From Selaginella moellendorffii (Eukaryota; Plantae; Lycopodiophyta), in contig NW_003314353.1 in the NCBI RefSeq assembly GCF_000143415.4, forward strand, positions 1-64,000: a stretch of 64,000 bases of DNA. The letters run 5' to 3'. Made by a program: the position numbers and the translations under genes. Positions 45,687 through 58,840 of the stretch are shown piece after piece; position 1 is the first letter of the stretch, and the number at the start of each line of letters is the position of its first letter. Below the pieces are notes generated by a model. It was not told the origin of the DNA, did no database searches, and saw nothing but the letters and a program-made list of their open reading frames with translations.

Positions 45687-46400
45687 TGTGAGACATAAAT
45701 CCTTAAGTCCCAAAGTGGAGCTGAAAGGGTGCCACGTGGTAGTGGCGGAAGCAAAAAGCCAAACGAGCGTAACACGTTTGGACTAAAAGGCTCTGACTTG
45801 AGAGGTTGAGAGCGGGAGTGGAACTCCCAACGGAGTGCTCAAGGAACGAGCATGAAGTGAGCAATAAGCGAAGCTCCAAAAAGGGACCCAAAAGGACCAA
45901 CACATGACACGTGGAAGAGTCCGAGATGGACCCGAGATGGAGTTCGAGATGGAGTCCGAGATGGACCTGAGAAAAAATCCGAGATGGAGTCCGAGATGGA
46001 CTCGAGATGGAGTCCGAGATGGAGTCCGAGATGGACCCAAGAAGGAGTCCGAGATGGAGTCCGAGATGGACCCGAGATGGAGTCCGAGATGGAGTCCGAG
46101 ATGGACCCGAGAAGGAGTCCGAGATGGAGTCTGAGATGGAGTCCGAGATAAAGTCCGAGATGGACCCGAGATGGAGTACGAGATGGAGTCCGAGATGGAG
46201 TCCGAGATGGACCCAAGATGGAGTCCGAGATGGACCCGAGATGGAGTCCGAGATGGACTCGAGATGGAGTCCGAGATGGAACCTGAGATGGAATCGAGAC
46301 CGAGACCGAGACCGAGATCGAGTCCGAGTCTGAAACCGGGACCGAGACCGAGTCCGAGTCCGAGTCCGAATACTAATACAGGCAGTTGGGTGAAAGCCCA
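45687..46400 (+). mobile_element. Partial extra LTR copy (5' half) inside the host element's internal region
   Basis: Begins TGTGAGACA like both LTRs and includes the satellite array. The nested element has different sequence (~49390-49760) at the equivalent position. Confidence 0.8.
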
Positions 46401-47802
46401 AAGCGGAGGGAGCGGCGAAGTAGCCAAAGGATAGGGCTGTGGATAGCTCTAGCACAACTTACGATGGCTGGAACTTGGTGCCAAAAGTGGCATAAAATAG
46501 AAAGGAGGACGATGGCACCCTCAAGTGGGGAGCTTCCTAGGATGGGAAGTGAAGTTGCATAATATGTGTAGTGAAAGGTGTCAAAGACACCAAAGAAATT
46601 GACTTCGAGAAGTGAAAATTAAAAGTTCCAAGATGAATTGGTTATGTCAATAGAAGTTGGGATTACTCAAGAATGAGTAGTGGAATTGAGTTAGAGAAGG
46701 TGTCTCTAACGGGTTTAGCGAGAACTGAACCAATAAAAAGGAACAAATCACCCTAGGTGGCCGAATTAGTCTCTATGTTGGAGAGACTATACCCCTTAGA
46801 GGATGGACAAGGCATGGTGAGCCTTCGGGGTCAAACCATAGACAAATATTGGCTGGGTGCCAAGGATGGAAATGGTAATACCTGCGGGTGTTACTTTATA
46901 AAAGGGTTTACCGTTCGATGAGGACATTGAACTTTGTCTATGGGTGGTTGAGTTGTGAGACACAAATCCCTAAGCCCTAAAGTGGAGCCGAAAGGGTGCC
47001 ACGTGGTAGTGGCCGAAGCGAAAGCCAAACGAGTGTAACACATTTGGACTAAAAGGCTCCAACTTGAAAGGTTGAGAGCGGGAGTGGAACTCCCAACAGA
47101 GTGCTCAAAGAACGAGCATGAAGCGAGCAATAAGCGAGGCTCCAAAAAGGGACCCAAAAGGACCAACACATGAGACATAGAAGAGTCCGAGGTGGACCTG
47201 AGATGGACCTGAGATGGACCCGAGATGGATCCGAGATTAAGTCCGAGATGGACCCGAGATGGAGTCCGAGGTGGACCGAGACGGAGTCCAAGATGGAGTC
47301 CAAGATGGAGTCCGAGGTGGACTGAGACGAAGTCTGAGATGGACTCGAGAAGGAGTGCGAGGTGGACCGAGACGGAGTCCGAGATGGAGTCCGAGATGGT
47401 GTCTGAGGTGGACCAAGATGGAGTCCGAGATGGAGTCCGAGATGGACCCGAGATGGACCCGAGATGGACCCGAGATGGAGTCCGAGGTAGAGACTGAGAC
47501 CGGGACCAAGACTGAGACCGAGACCGAGAACGAGACCGAGACCGAGATCGGGACCGAGACCGAGACCAAGGCCGAGGCCGAGACCAAGCCTGAGCCTGAG
47601 TCCGAGTCCGAGTCCGAGACCGAGTCTGAGTCCGAGTTCGAGTCTGAGAGGGTGAAAGCCCAAAGCGTTCGTCTCCCAGACCCTGGGGGGTTTGGTGAAC
47701 TCNNNNNNNNNNNNNNNNNNNNNNNNNNNNNNNNNNNNNNNNNNNNNNNNNNNNNNNNNNNNNNNNNNNNNNNNNNNNNNNNNNNNNNNNNNNNNNNNNN
47801 NN

Positions 47803-50800
47803 AGTCTGGGACTTCGGGGCAACATTTCGGAACACCGTGGCCTTACGCAAGCCTCGTGGGTACTCTCCCCACCTTCTGCCTTTAGGTGCTCTAGTCATGG
47901 GCTTAGAGCGAGGTTCCGTTGAGCCACACCAGGTATCCAAATAGGTAGTGCCACCCACATTTGGACTGGGAGCATCGGCCAGTCGATCTCCCGGGGGAAC
48001 TAGAGCCAGCTCTTGAACACTTCACCAAGCTACCCCGCTTGTCGGTCCATATTCACTCTAGTCTTGGACTTCCCAGTGGTCAGTTCATCACCCAACACTG
48101 GGTCTGGCCTTCCTGGGCCAAACTAGCCTTTCCTGACTAAACTAGCTCCACTGCAATCCTCCCCCTTACTATACTTTTGGAGCTCACCAAACCCCCCAGG
48201 GTCTGGGAGACGAACGCTTTGGGCTTTCACCCTCTCGGACTCGAAGTCGGACTCGGACTCGGACTCGGACTCGGACTCAGACTCGGCCTTGGCCTCGGTC
48301 TCAGTCCAGATCTCAGTCTCGGTCTCGGTCTCGGTCTCGACCTTGGACTCCATCTCGGGTCCTTCTCGGACTCCATCTCGGATTCCATCTCGAGTCCATC
48401 TCGGACTCCATCTCAGACTCCGTCTCGGTCCACCTCGGACTCCATCTCGGACTCCGTCTCAGTCCATCTCGGACTCCGTCTCGAACTCCATCTTGGACTC
48501 TGTCTCGGTCCAGCTCGGACTCCATCTCGGACTCCGTCTCGGTCCACCTCAGACTCCATCTCGAACTCCATCTCGGACTCCATATCAGACTCCGTCTTGG
48601 TCCATCTCGGAGTCCATCTCGGACACTTCCACGTGTCATGTGTTGGTCCTTTTTGGGTCTCTTTTTGGAGCCTTGCTTATTGGTTGCCTCGTGCTCGCTC
48701 CTCGAGCACTTTGTTGGGAGTTCCACTCCCGCTCTCGACCTTCCAAGTTAGAGCTTTTAGTCCAAACGTGTTACGCTTGTTTGGCTTTTGCTTCGGCCAC
48801 TACCACGTGGCACCCTTCCGGCTCCACTTTGGGGCCTAGGGATTTTGTGTCTCACAACTCCACCACCCATAGACGAAGTTCGATGTCCTCATCAAACGGT
48901 AAACCCTTTTATAAAGTAACACCCGCATGTATTACCAGTTCTATCCTTAGCACCCAGCCAATATTTGTCTATGGTTTGCGCACCATGCCTTGTCCATCCT
49001 CTAAGGAGCATAGTCTCTCCAACATAGAGACTCATTCAACNNNNNNNNNNNNNNNNNNNNNNNNNNNNNNNNNNNNNNNNNNNNNNNNNNNNNNNNNNNN
49101 NNNNNNNNNNNNNNNNNNNNNNNNNNNNNNNNNNNNNNNNNNNNNNNNNNNNNNNNNNNNNNNNNNNNNNNNNNNNNNNNNNNNNNNNNNNNNNNNNNNN
49201 NNNNNNNNNNNNNNNNNNNNNNNNNNNNNNNNNNNNNNNNNNNNNNNNNNNNNNNNNNNNNNNNNNNNNNNNNNNNNNNNNNNNNNNNNNNNNNNNNNNN
49301 NNNNNNNNNNNNNNNNNNNNNNNNNNNNNNTATCATAATTGGTGCTAAGGCTGCCCACGGCCCTATTATTTGGCTACCTTACCGCTCCCCCCTTTGGAGC
49401 ATCCACCTCGCCAAATCGGAGCGGTTGGGAATCCACCATTGGGGAAACATTGTCTTTTCCACAATCCATTAGTAGCCAATACATTAGTGTTCTTGGCCTA
49501 ACTTTGCCATTTGGATTCTTTCCCAGGATTCCCATGGCTCTTTTTTTAGCCACTAGTGTTTTGCTCCTATCCTTGATTGTTGCACCCAACAACATAGGAT
49601 CGCTAACTCCATTTTCGGGGTTTCCTTTCAGTTCCATAGTAAACACTTTGCTTTGCCAAGTCCAGAGGGTGTTCACCCCTAGTACGTCTCTTTAACATTT
49701 TCTATTGTGGGCTCTATCCACGGCCCAAGTTTTGAGATCCTCCCTTGGATCTTTTATAGAGACTACCTTCTTCGGACTTACTATGCCACATCATTGACAT
49801 AGCTCATTTCCCTTAGGTGTTCTTTCCACTTGGTCACTTTGACCAAGCCACACCATTATCAATAGTTTAAATCAACACTTTGAACTAGGAATCATATTCC
49901 TTAACCCAAATAAAGACCTTGTCCTTGTTTAGCCACAAGATCACCTAGTGATCTCATCTTAACCCTTTAATAGGTCTATCAATAGGAACTAGGTCTTCCA
50001 GACTCTTTTAAATTGTTGACTATGACCCCAGGGGCATCCCCCACACTTGGTGGTGCCCCCAAGCCAACCCTTCTGGCCAAGGATCCATAGCAACTGAGAC
50101 TGGGTGTCCCCATCTCATTCACCACGTCCTTGGTGCCTTTTGCACCAAAGTGTTCAAGTTAGATATGCCGAACTTTCACTCTAAGCAATCTAACCGTGCA
50201 TCATGACTCCGAGGCATCCCTCACTTGGCGGTGTGCCCAAATCAATCTCCCCACTGAGAGTCCATGACCACCGAAATATGAGTGTCCTCATATTCCAAAC
50301 CATCACCACGCCCTAGTGAGTTGGGACTCGAACCCAAGCACTAGAGGGTCGGGACTCGAACCCAACCTCCGTATATGCATCTACAGACGGCATCACATAG
50401 GATGCCTGGCGTGACTCCCCACGCCGGTGCACCAACTTATATTTAAAGCGCGCTATAGATCACAGCTTAGGAACCTAGTTCCTCCGCACTGCCAAGTCCT
50501 CTCACTTGACATGTCTATGATCACGCATGGACTCCTCCATGCTCAGCCCCCTAGGCCAACCCTTTGAAGTTGGCTCCTTCCACTAGGGTATTCGTTCCCC
50601 CCGACTTGCCAATCTCACTTAGCAAGTCATTCGGCCACCGTAACATGGTTCATGCATAAGCGTGAAAGTCCTTAACCATCGACTTTCGTTCAAAGCCTTC
50701 TCTTTGAACACTCGGGAACTACTTCCCCAATCTTGATAGCCTCACCTCATGGCAAGCTTCAAGACGACGCTCCTGCTGCGCCACTCTGATTTCGCGCATT

Positions 50801-53800
50801 CTATGAACCATTTACACTTGGCTGACTAGGTACTTATCTACCTAGGGGAACGTTCAAGGAACTCTGTTCCTTGGCTTACTAAGCCCTCTCCTTTCGCAAG
50901 CTTTTCAATTACCATATAGTCTAACATGGACAATCCCATGCTTTAGACTCTCCATGGCATCCCAGTCGCTAGTAACAACATGCTTGAGCACCCACTTGAT
51001 TCTCCACTCCCAACTTGCATAACCACCTGTCAATTCCTATGGTTCAGTTCTATCCCTTTACTACTTGCCTTTTGGCCTCATATGTTTTCTTCGGTCATTC
51101 TCCTCCAGACTAAGAAGATAGCTTTGCACTTTCTACCATGCTTTGGCAAGTATTCATAGGGATGAACTTACCCGACAACCTAGGAGTGGTTCCTCAATCC
51201 GGGTTTGCTCACCTTGTAATCCCATACCCTAGGATTACCATTGCTACTTATGGGCCTTTATATGCCCATCCCTAGCCTTGCCAAAATCCCCTTTGGGCTT
51301 TGTCCAATTGCGGTAGACGGACTTCTCTCGTCTCCGCAACCTTGGACATTTGGATAGCACTTCCTATCCATCATTTGCTAGGGACTTTATCCCTTGGGCA
51401 TTATCCATTGCCCTCACGACACCAAACACCACCTTCTGGTGTTCTAGAGTGTTTGGGTGTTCTAATGATGGTTTCTCTGACAATGAGCATTCCCTTTTCA
51501 ACATTGACTTACTATATCGCAACATAAACAATTTATCCCCCATAAGGGTATATCCAACTTCTTTATCCCCATAAGAAGTCTTAGGTAGTTGCCTTCTACC
51601 AGTTTAACGAATTATTTTGCACCTTTTACTTAGTTGTCTCATAGTTGTCAAGTCCTACAACTCATTGCTAGTGCTTCCACACCTCCATCATTATCTAGGT
51701 CATCACACTCTAACCACATGCCTTTCAGCTTAGGCTATGCCATTCCTATTTCCATTGGGATTCCTTTGGAAGGGGTTCTCATAAACCTGCCAACTTGACC
51801 TCAAGGCAGCACGCCTTGGCATATTCAGTGTTTCCACACTATTGGCTCCAGGATCCTACCTTTATGACACTTCTTACTTGTGTCTAGGTCTTTTGCCAAG
51901 ACCAATATGGTTGTCTCTGATGCCAATTATCCACTAGCACTGCACTATAGAGTTCACGCACAACTTTGTGTCAAAGTTGTTTTCTTCCGGGAAACTCTTT
52001 CCCACAACTTTAGCATGGCACCTTCTGCTATCAATGAGATACACATTGTTCTCATGCTTGGATCTCAAGATCCTCCCCATCTTTCATGGGGCACCACACA
52101 CCTCAGTCCAAATGCTTCCATCAATCCCTTAGGATTATTCTTTGACTCTATTAGAGTTATCAAACTTTTTGGACTTTGCTAATCCAACGACCCATGAGGT
52201 TCTACTTTTGAGGTGCTAGCTCACTTGAATACAATTCCTTGTATTCATGTCCTACTCACAAGGACCATCTTTGCAAGTGTTACTCCGACACTTGATTTGT
52301 TCTCTAGGGGCAACCTCTCACCCCTTATGACCACTTGTCCATGTGATGAAAATACCAACTCATCCTCTAAATACACCCCTAACTCCTTGGGTTGTTCCAG
52401 CATTTATTAGAGGTAGCCCCGGCTACCATTTCAAGGACTTGTGTCCTCTTCCGTATTTGACCTCCCACGGTCATCAATTCCAATCCCAAATTTATGAGCA
52501 CTTGCCTCAACTATGTGAGGATAATCTTATGACTCCTTTATTGTTTTGGAGTCTCTATCTTTCTTGTGATCCCAACTATAGTTATTTACCACAACTACCT
52601 TAGTCAATTTGATAAATCAAATGCTCATCCGGATCACATCCTCAACTCAATGAGGAAAACATTGCACTGTTCCCAAGATCCCAAAGTCGTTCCATTATTG
52701 GCCTTTTTCTATCCACCACCTCGTTTACAAATTCACACGTGAACTGTAATGGAGAGCCATGTCTTCCCGACTTGCTACTCCGCAAGGATAGGCCCACTCC
52801 TCAGACCTTTCGATGCCAACACAAGTGATGATATACTTGAGCACCAATAAAAGTCGGACTAAGGAACAGTTCCGATACCAAGTTGTAAGTGACTAATTTT
52901 TCCATTCTACTTTAGTCACTTAACCACACCTCCGACCACTTGGAGGAGTCTCACTCACAACCTCCATAGGTCCTATTTTGGACTTAGGGACTTGCTAACC
53001 CCCAAGAATGGCATTCATGCCACTTAACCATTGCACTTGGTCCAAGTGCTCCACGTGTCCGATCCCATGATCAACACCCCAAAGTACCACCACATATCAG
53101 TTTGTTACGCTAAGGCCATGCCCATTCACCTTGGTCACATTGGTGGTTTGACACCACCTACATTACAGTCCCGTCTCTCAAAGACTGGGCCATCCATCCA
53201 TGAGTGATCATCCCAGATCCACTCCTTAGCATCCTTAGGATGCCTACAAACCTGGGGAATAGCCTTCCCCCATATCCCTTTTCCGGTCCCCACCAAGTCC
53301 CTTTCTGCCCTTGGCCGTGTTCGCCAACACTGCCACTAGATCAAGGCCCATAGGCTTGACCACTAAGTCCCATGGTCCTTTGGGACTTCCTCACTACCCG
53401 ACTGCATCCTTGGTCACTACACTAGAGGACTACTCCTCTTCATTTCCACAGTCTGGGACTTCGGGGCAACATTTCGGAACACCGTGGCCTTACGCAAGCC
53501 TCGTGGGTAATCTCCCCACCTTCCGCCTTTAGGTGCTCTAGCCATGGGCTTAGAGCGAGGTTCCGTTGAGCCACACCAGGTATCCAAGTAGGTAGTGCCA
53601 CTCACACTTGGACTGGGAGCATCGGCCAGTCGATCTCCCGGGGGAACTAGAGCCGGCTCTTGAACACTTCACCAAGCTACCCCGCTTATCGGTCCATATT
53701 CACTGTAGTCTTGGACTTCCCGGTGGTCAGTTCATCACCCAACACTGGGTCTGGCCTTCCTGGGCCAAACTGGCCTTTCCTGACTAAACTGGCTCCACTG

Positions 53801-54543
53801 TAGTCCTCCCCCTTATTATACTTTTGGAGCTCACCAAACCCCCCAGGGTCTAGGAGACAAATGCTTTGGGCTTTCACCCTCTCAGACTCGAAGTCGGACT
53901 CGGACTCGGACTCGGACTCGGACTCGGACTCGGCCTCGGTCTCGGTCCCGATCTCAGTCTCGGTCTCGGTCCCGGTCTCGGTCTCGGTCTCGACCTTGGA
54001 CTCCATCTCGGGTCCTTCTCGGACTCCATCTCGGATTCCATCTCGGGTCCATCTCGGACTCCGTCTCAGTCCACCTCGGACTCTATCTCGGACTCCATCT
54101 TGGTCCATCTCGGACTCCATCTCGGACTCCGTCTCGGTCCATATCGGACTCCGTCTCAAACTCCATCTCGGACTCTGTCTCGGTCCAGCTCGGACTCCAT
54201 CTCGGACTCCATCTCAGACTCCGTCTCGGTCCACCTCGGACTCCATCTCGGACTCCATCTCAGACTCCATATCGGACTCCGTCTTGGTCCATCTCGGAGT
54301 CCATCTCGGACACTTCCATGTGTCATGTGTTAGTCCTTTTTGGGTCCCTTTTTGGAGCCTTGCTTATTGGTTGCCTCGTGCTCGCTCCTCGAGCACTTTG
54401 TTGGGAGTTCCACTCCCACTCTCGACCTTCGAAGTCGGAGCTTTTAGTCCAAACGTGTTACGCTTGTTTGGCTTTCGCTTCGGCCACTACCACGTGGCGC
54501 CCTTCCGGCTCCACTTTGGGGCCTAGGGATTTTGTGTCTCACA
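47803..54543 (-). mobile_element. Second element of the same family nested in inverted orientation: 5' LTR 54543-52884, PBS 52880-52869, internal region to 48857, 3' LTR 48856 into the N gap
   Basis: LTR ends tgtaagtgac (52884) and gtctcaca (54543, 48856). PBS TGGTATCGGAAC on the minus strand. Internal region co-linear with 42384-46953. Confidence 0.88.
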
Positions 54544-55150
54544 TAAGGCCACAGTGTTCCGAAATGTTGCCCCAAAGTCCCAAACTGTGGAAAGGAAGAG
54601 GAGCCATCCTATAGTGTAGAGATCAAGGATACAGTCATGTGAGGAGGAAGTCCCAGAGGACTGTGGTATTTAGTGGTCGGGCCTGTGAGCCTTGATCCAG
54701 TGGCAGTGTTGGCGAACACAGCCAAGGACAGAAAGGGACTTAGTGGGGACCAGAAAGGGGATATTGGGGAAGGTTATTCCCCATGTCCATGGGCATCCTA
54801 AGGATGTAAAAGAGTGGATATAAGGTGATCACTCATGGATGGATGGCCCAGTCTTTGAGAGACGGGACTGTGATGTAGGTGGTTTTAGACCACCGATGTG
54901 ACCAAGGTGAATGGGCATGGCCTTAGCGTAACGGGCTAATATGTTGGTGGTACCTTGGGGTGTTAATCATGGGATCAGACACGTGGAGCACTTGGACCAA
55001 GTGCAAAGGTTGAGTGGCGGAGATGCCATTCTTGGGGCTAGCAAGCCTAAGTTCAAAACAGGACTTATGGAGGTTGTGAGTGAGACTCCTCCAAGTGGTC
55101 GAAGGTGTGGTTAAGTGACTAAAGTAAAATAGAAAAATTAGTCACTTACA

Positions 55151-56806
55151 CGGAAGAGCAATTTTTACAAAATTGCAGACAAATTTGTAATAATATTTCG
55201 CCAAACCGAGAAAGGAATAAACATTTGATATAGTGGTTAGGACTTCTCAAGACTTCACTAGTTCTACTTTCTTTGAATTTACCTCAATTATGCCACCACC
55301 AACTATATGTTCAAGAAACTTTATGCGCAATTGTCCAAAAGCACATTTACTTTCCTACAGAGATGTCAATGTCCTTAAATAAACAAACCCGTGTCATTTA
55401 CTCTGATACCAACTATAGCACACTTTATCTCTCCCTTTAAACTAACTGGAAAAATGGTAATTGCTTAATGAGAGAGCTTTTAATGACTATTTTATCCTTA
55501 TTTATCCCCTAAAGTTCCAAGGATCCATGGTAACAGTATATTCAAATTTCATCCCATGATCATATGCGCTATAAAACACCAATTTCACTTTCCACAGCTG
55601 CTATAGAAATCAACCAACAAAGAGATCATAGCTCCCTGGAACTGGAACCCCAAGCTCGTGATCTCTTCATCAAGTATCCGGCCAAGCCTCAAGGCTACCG
55701 AGCTTCCGCCAGCTTTGAGAGCCCAAACGAGTGTCCACACGTCTGGAGAACACCCCTCAAGTTGCATTAGCAAGAACAAATGTAAAGCAGTTTCGGCCTG
55801 GCTGTTTTCAACATACCCGAGCACCAATGCCGTCCAGCAGACTTGATTTGGTTGGAAAATGGTGCTAAACACTCCAAGAGCATCGCCCAACAAGCCGCGT
55901 ACATTTGAATCAAGAAGCTGTGAAGAAAGATATCCAAGAGATGCATATGGTTAGTAACTTGCAAGGGTTGTGCATGAAAAGCCATATCTCTTTCCAGAGA
56001 CTTCAGCTTGAGTATCCTTCCATGGATTGTATCTTCTCCTCATTCCGTCTTTGCTAGAGAAGTGATGGCCTGGAACACCGCAACAAAGGTTCTGGCATTT
56101 GCTCCACTGCTTTCTCGTTGAAGCACCACCTCGCTCTGCCCATTCTCTACAAATCCCTGCATCAAAGATGTCCATAGAACTACGTCATGCTTTGGAGCTC
56201 CATGAAAAACCTTCCACGCATCCACCACGCTTCCACACCGAGCATACATTCCACCAGGCTGCTAGCTACCAAAACGTTTGTGTCGATTCCCCTTGCAGCG
56301 GCCAGGGAGTGAAGAGCCATTCCTCTCTCGACAGAAGAAAACTTCACGACGAGCTCTAGATCTTGAAAAACCTTCCCATGTTCCTTCCCTGCGAGGCTCG
56401 CGCAGGCCTTGAGCAATCCAATAAACGTGACAGAACTCCCTTGCAAGCCCCGCGATTCCATGTCCAGGAAGAGCTGGAGCGCAACCCCGCCATGCCCATT
56501 CTCGGCATAGCCCAGAATGAGAGAATTCCACGCGACGGGGTCGGGGCAATCCATCCGGTCGAAAGCCCTGCGCACCTCGTCCATGCTGCCGCACTTGCCA
56601 TAGAGATTCACCAGGTTGCTCGTCACGAACGCATTGGAATCGAGGCCGCAGCGCTCCGCCTCGGCGTGGATTTTCTTACCCCGGGATCGAGAGCATTCCT
56701 TGAGCGACGCAAGGAATCTCCTCACCTCGCAATCGCTGGAGCGGGCGAGGCCAAGCTTGGAACGGAAAGCTCGAGGTCGCGAAGAGGAAGAACGAAGGTT
56801 TCATTT
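55151..56806 (-). pseudogene. Remainder of the RT fragment (55151-55565) and 5' part of PPR-A copy 3
   Basis: Co-linear with 35464-37264. Confidence 0.85.
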
Positions 56807-56935
56807 GATTCTTTGTTTCAAAGGGTCAAGATAGTCTTATAAACGGTCAAGGTTGTCCGTACTAAAATAACTATTTAATTACATTTTTTATTGCCATATA
56901 AAAAGGCCTTTTAAGATTCACACAATCAGGGTTCA

Positions 56936-57628
56936 ATGGCGGCGGAGATCGAGAGTGTGGACAAGAAGGCTAACGCTGTGGCAGCGATGACTGTGATCAA
57001 AAAGGGAAGGAAGAGGCAGCGAGACAAAGAGGGACAAACTCATACAAAGGCTAGTGCTCCAAAGAGAAGGCATGAGCTCGAGGAGGAACCCCCTATGGTC
57101 CCAAAGAAAAATTTGAGCAGCAAGGTAGTATACAAGATTGATGGGTTAGTTATCACTTCCCACAGCGATTTTCATGACTTTTGGCCGCGATCAGCATCCA
57201 AGCTACCGGCACCGGACTACCTCCACTGCGCTGGAGCTCAAGAGCTTCACAGCCTCCTCACCCAAGAGCTCTGCAGGAGAGACCGTGATGATTGCGGCCC
57301 GAGGAACGCCCAGCTCTTGGTGGTGATTGGCGGGACGAGATGCCACATGATGAGGCGACTCGAGGACTTGTGCCACTCGACTAGATGCGCTGGAGACAAG
57401 ATCTGGTATGGAGTCCAGATTAAAGAGGGTGGAAGCTTGTGCACGCTGTTCAAGTATATGTTTGATGGGAGGAGCACGAGCATGAGCCGGGACATGTCCA
57501 AGGAAATCCATGCCAAGGATTGCACAAACAAGACAAACAGCATGATTCAAGAGATTCTCTCCCATGTCTCTGGGAACAAGAGCAACAGTTACTTCTCTCC
57601 AATCCGTGTGGAGAGCGTGCACCATTGA
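56936..57628 (+). CDS. Orphan 230-aa protein, copy 3
   Basis: Intact; 2-3 amino-acid differences from the other copies, no indels. Confidence 0.6.
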   Translation: MAAEIESVDKKANAVAAMTVIKKGRKRQRDKEGQTHTKASAPKRRHELEEEPPMVPKKNLSSKVVYKIDGLVITSHSDFHDFWPRSASKLPAPDYLHCAGAQELHSLLTQELCRRDRDDCGPRNAQLLVVIGGTRCHMMRRLEDLCHSTRCAGDKIWYGVQIKEGGSLCTLFKYMFDGRSTSMSRDMSKEIHAKDCTNKTNSMIQEILSHVSGNKSNSYFSPIRVESVHH

Positions 57629-57855
57629 AATCACCAATGTGATTAAAAGCTTTCACTGTAAGAGAGTACATCAAAATGGAGAACAATTAAAAGTAGCGTG
57701 TTATTCCTCCCGATCGACATTGGTTTCGCTTCTTAAATTCCTGGTGCATTGCTTCACCGATATGGGCTGGCGATTCTATAACCGTGACTTCCACAAATTT
57801 CAGTCTCTTGATTTTGTCCGGGGCCGTGCCGACTGAAATATTTAGTGGGCCTAAT

Positions 57856-57905
57856 GGGCATTTGGTCTAGTGGCATGGTTCTCGCTTTGCAAGAGGTCCC
57901 GAGTG
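57856..57905 (+). pseudogene. tRNA-Pro-derived pseudogene, copy 3
   Basis: Same sequence as copies 1 and 2. Confidence 0.85.
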
Positions 57906-58840
57906 TATTTTCAACAAATGAGAAATTGCTCCGCGCTCGTCTCTCCATCTTTCTTCGGCATGGAAGCTTCGAAGAAGCCTTTTGCCTCGTGCAAGAGCAT
58001 CACTCGCGCGACCTGGAATCGAATCAGGGACGTGCTAAACAAGCTCTTTTCTTTCGCCATTTGCCCGTTTATGGCATACCCGTGAATTGTGACGCTTCGA
58101 GTGATGGTCTTATCGAACAGCTCTTGAACATATGTTGCCATGAGGGTGCTCCTTGTCGGCATCTTGTAGCGGCATAGAATAAAAAATTTGTTTAGCCATT
58201 TTCAGATGCCCGGCCTTGGGTTCCACATCACTATATCCTTGCTGCTGGCTTTGTTGGGTTAAGCTCCTTGAAGCGCTATATGCTTCAATCATCACTTTCC
58301 AGGAGATGTCATCATGTCGCGGTGCGGCAAATCCATCAAAGACTTGTTGGGCTTGATCTGTTCTGCATAAGATTTGAGCATTGTGGTGGGGGAGACAAGA
58401 TTAACTTCAGTCATGCGATGGAAGATTTGGTCTGTGCTGTGAGAATCCCCAGATCGGGCGTATGTTGACAGGAGACAATATCAGAGTTCGTCCATATTGT
58501 CACTGTGTGTATAGGCAGCGAGCATTGCGTTCCAGGTGATGAGATCACGTTCCTCCATTGAATGAAAACCTAGCTTGGCTTTCTCCAAATGCCCAGAACA
58601 AGCAAGTGCAGTAAGAATTGTGGTAGAAGAAATGAGTTTTCATTCTGGGATTGATTCATAAAGTGACTGTGCCTTGAGAAGAGCGTTGTTTGTGATATAA
58701 CCAGCTATCATTGCATAAGTTGTTTTGATGGATATTGAACAAGAGCTGTTCTGCTTCATGGAGATGACCATTTGTGGCAAATGCTTACAATATCATCACC
58801 CAGGAGAAGCAGTCCTTGGTGACAATTCTGCAAAAAATTT
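57906..58840 (-). pseudogene. PPR pseudogene B, copy 3
   Basis: Co-linear with copies 1 and 2. Confidence 0.8.

Larger units (their letters stand above)
40921..55150 (+). mobile_element. Non-autonomous LTR retrotransposon (LARD-like) host element: 5' LTR 40921-42383, PBS 42387-42398, internal region to 46953, 3' LTR from 46954, split by a nested element and resuming at 54544-55150
   Basis: TGT...ACA termini; 5-bp TSD TGGAA/CGGAA with the empty site 'taaCGGAAgagc' at ~35464; tRNA-Met PBS TGGTATCGGAGC; purine-rich 'gggtggttgag' before 46954; no long internal ORFs. Confidence 0.88.

Noticed and set aside
42384-46953. gag-pol coding capacity in the LTR element interiors
   Set aside because: Only faint protease- or chromodomain-like words (e.g. 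'DFHV', 'EQILVK') amid frequent stops; not supportable as CDS.
47703-49330. N runs (47703-47802, 49041-49330) as biological features
   Set aside because: Assembly gaps; the first is a placeholder smaller than the LTR sequence inferred to be missing.
41011-54526. Many 100-350 aa ORFs rich in RS/LG/ES/SPRW repeats (SR-protein- or CTD-like)
   Set aside because: They are translations of the stop-free LTR satellite in multiple frames on both strands, some running through N gaps; no evidence of coding function.
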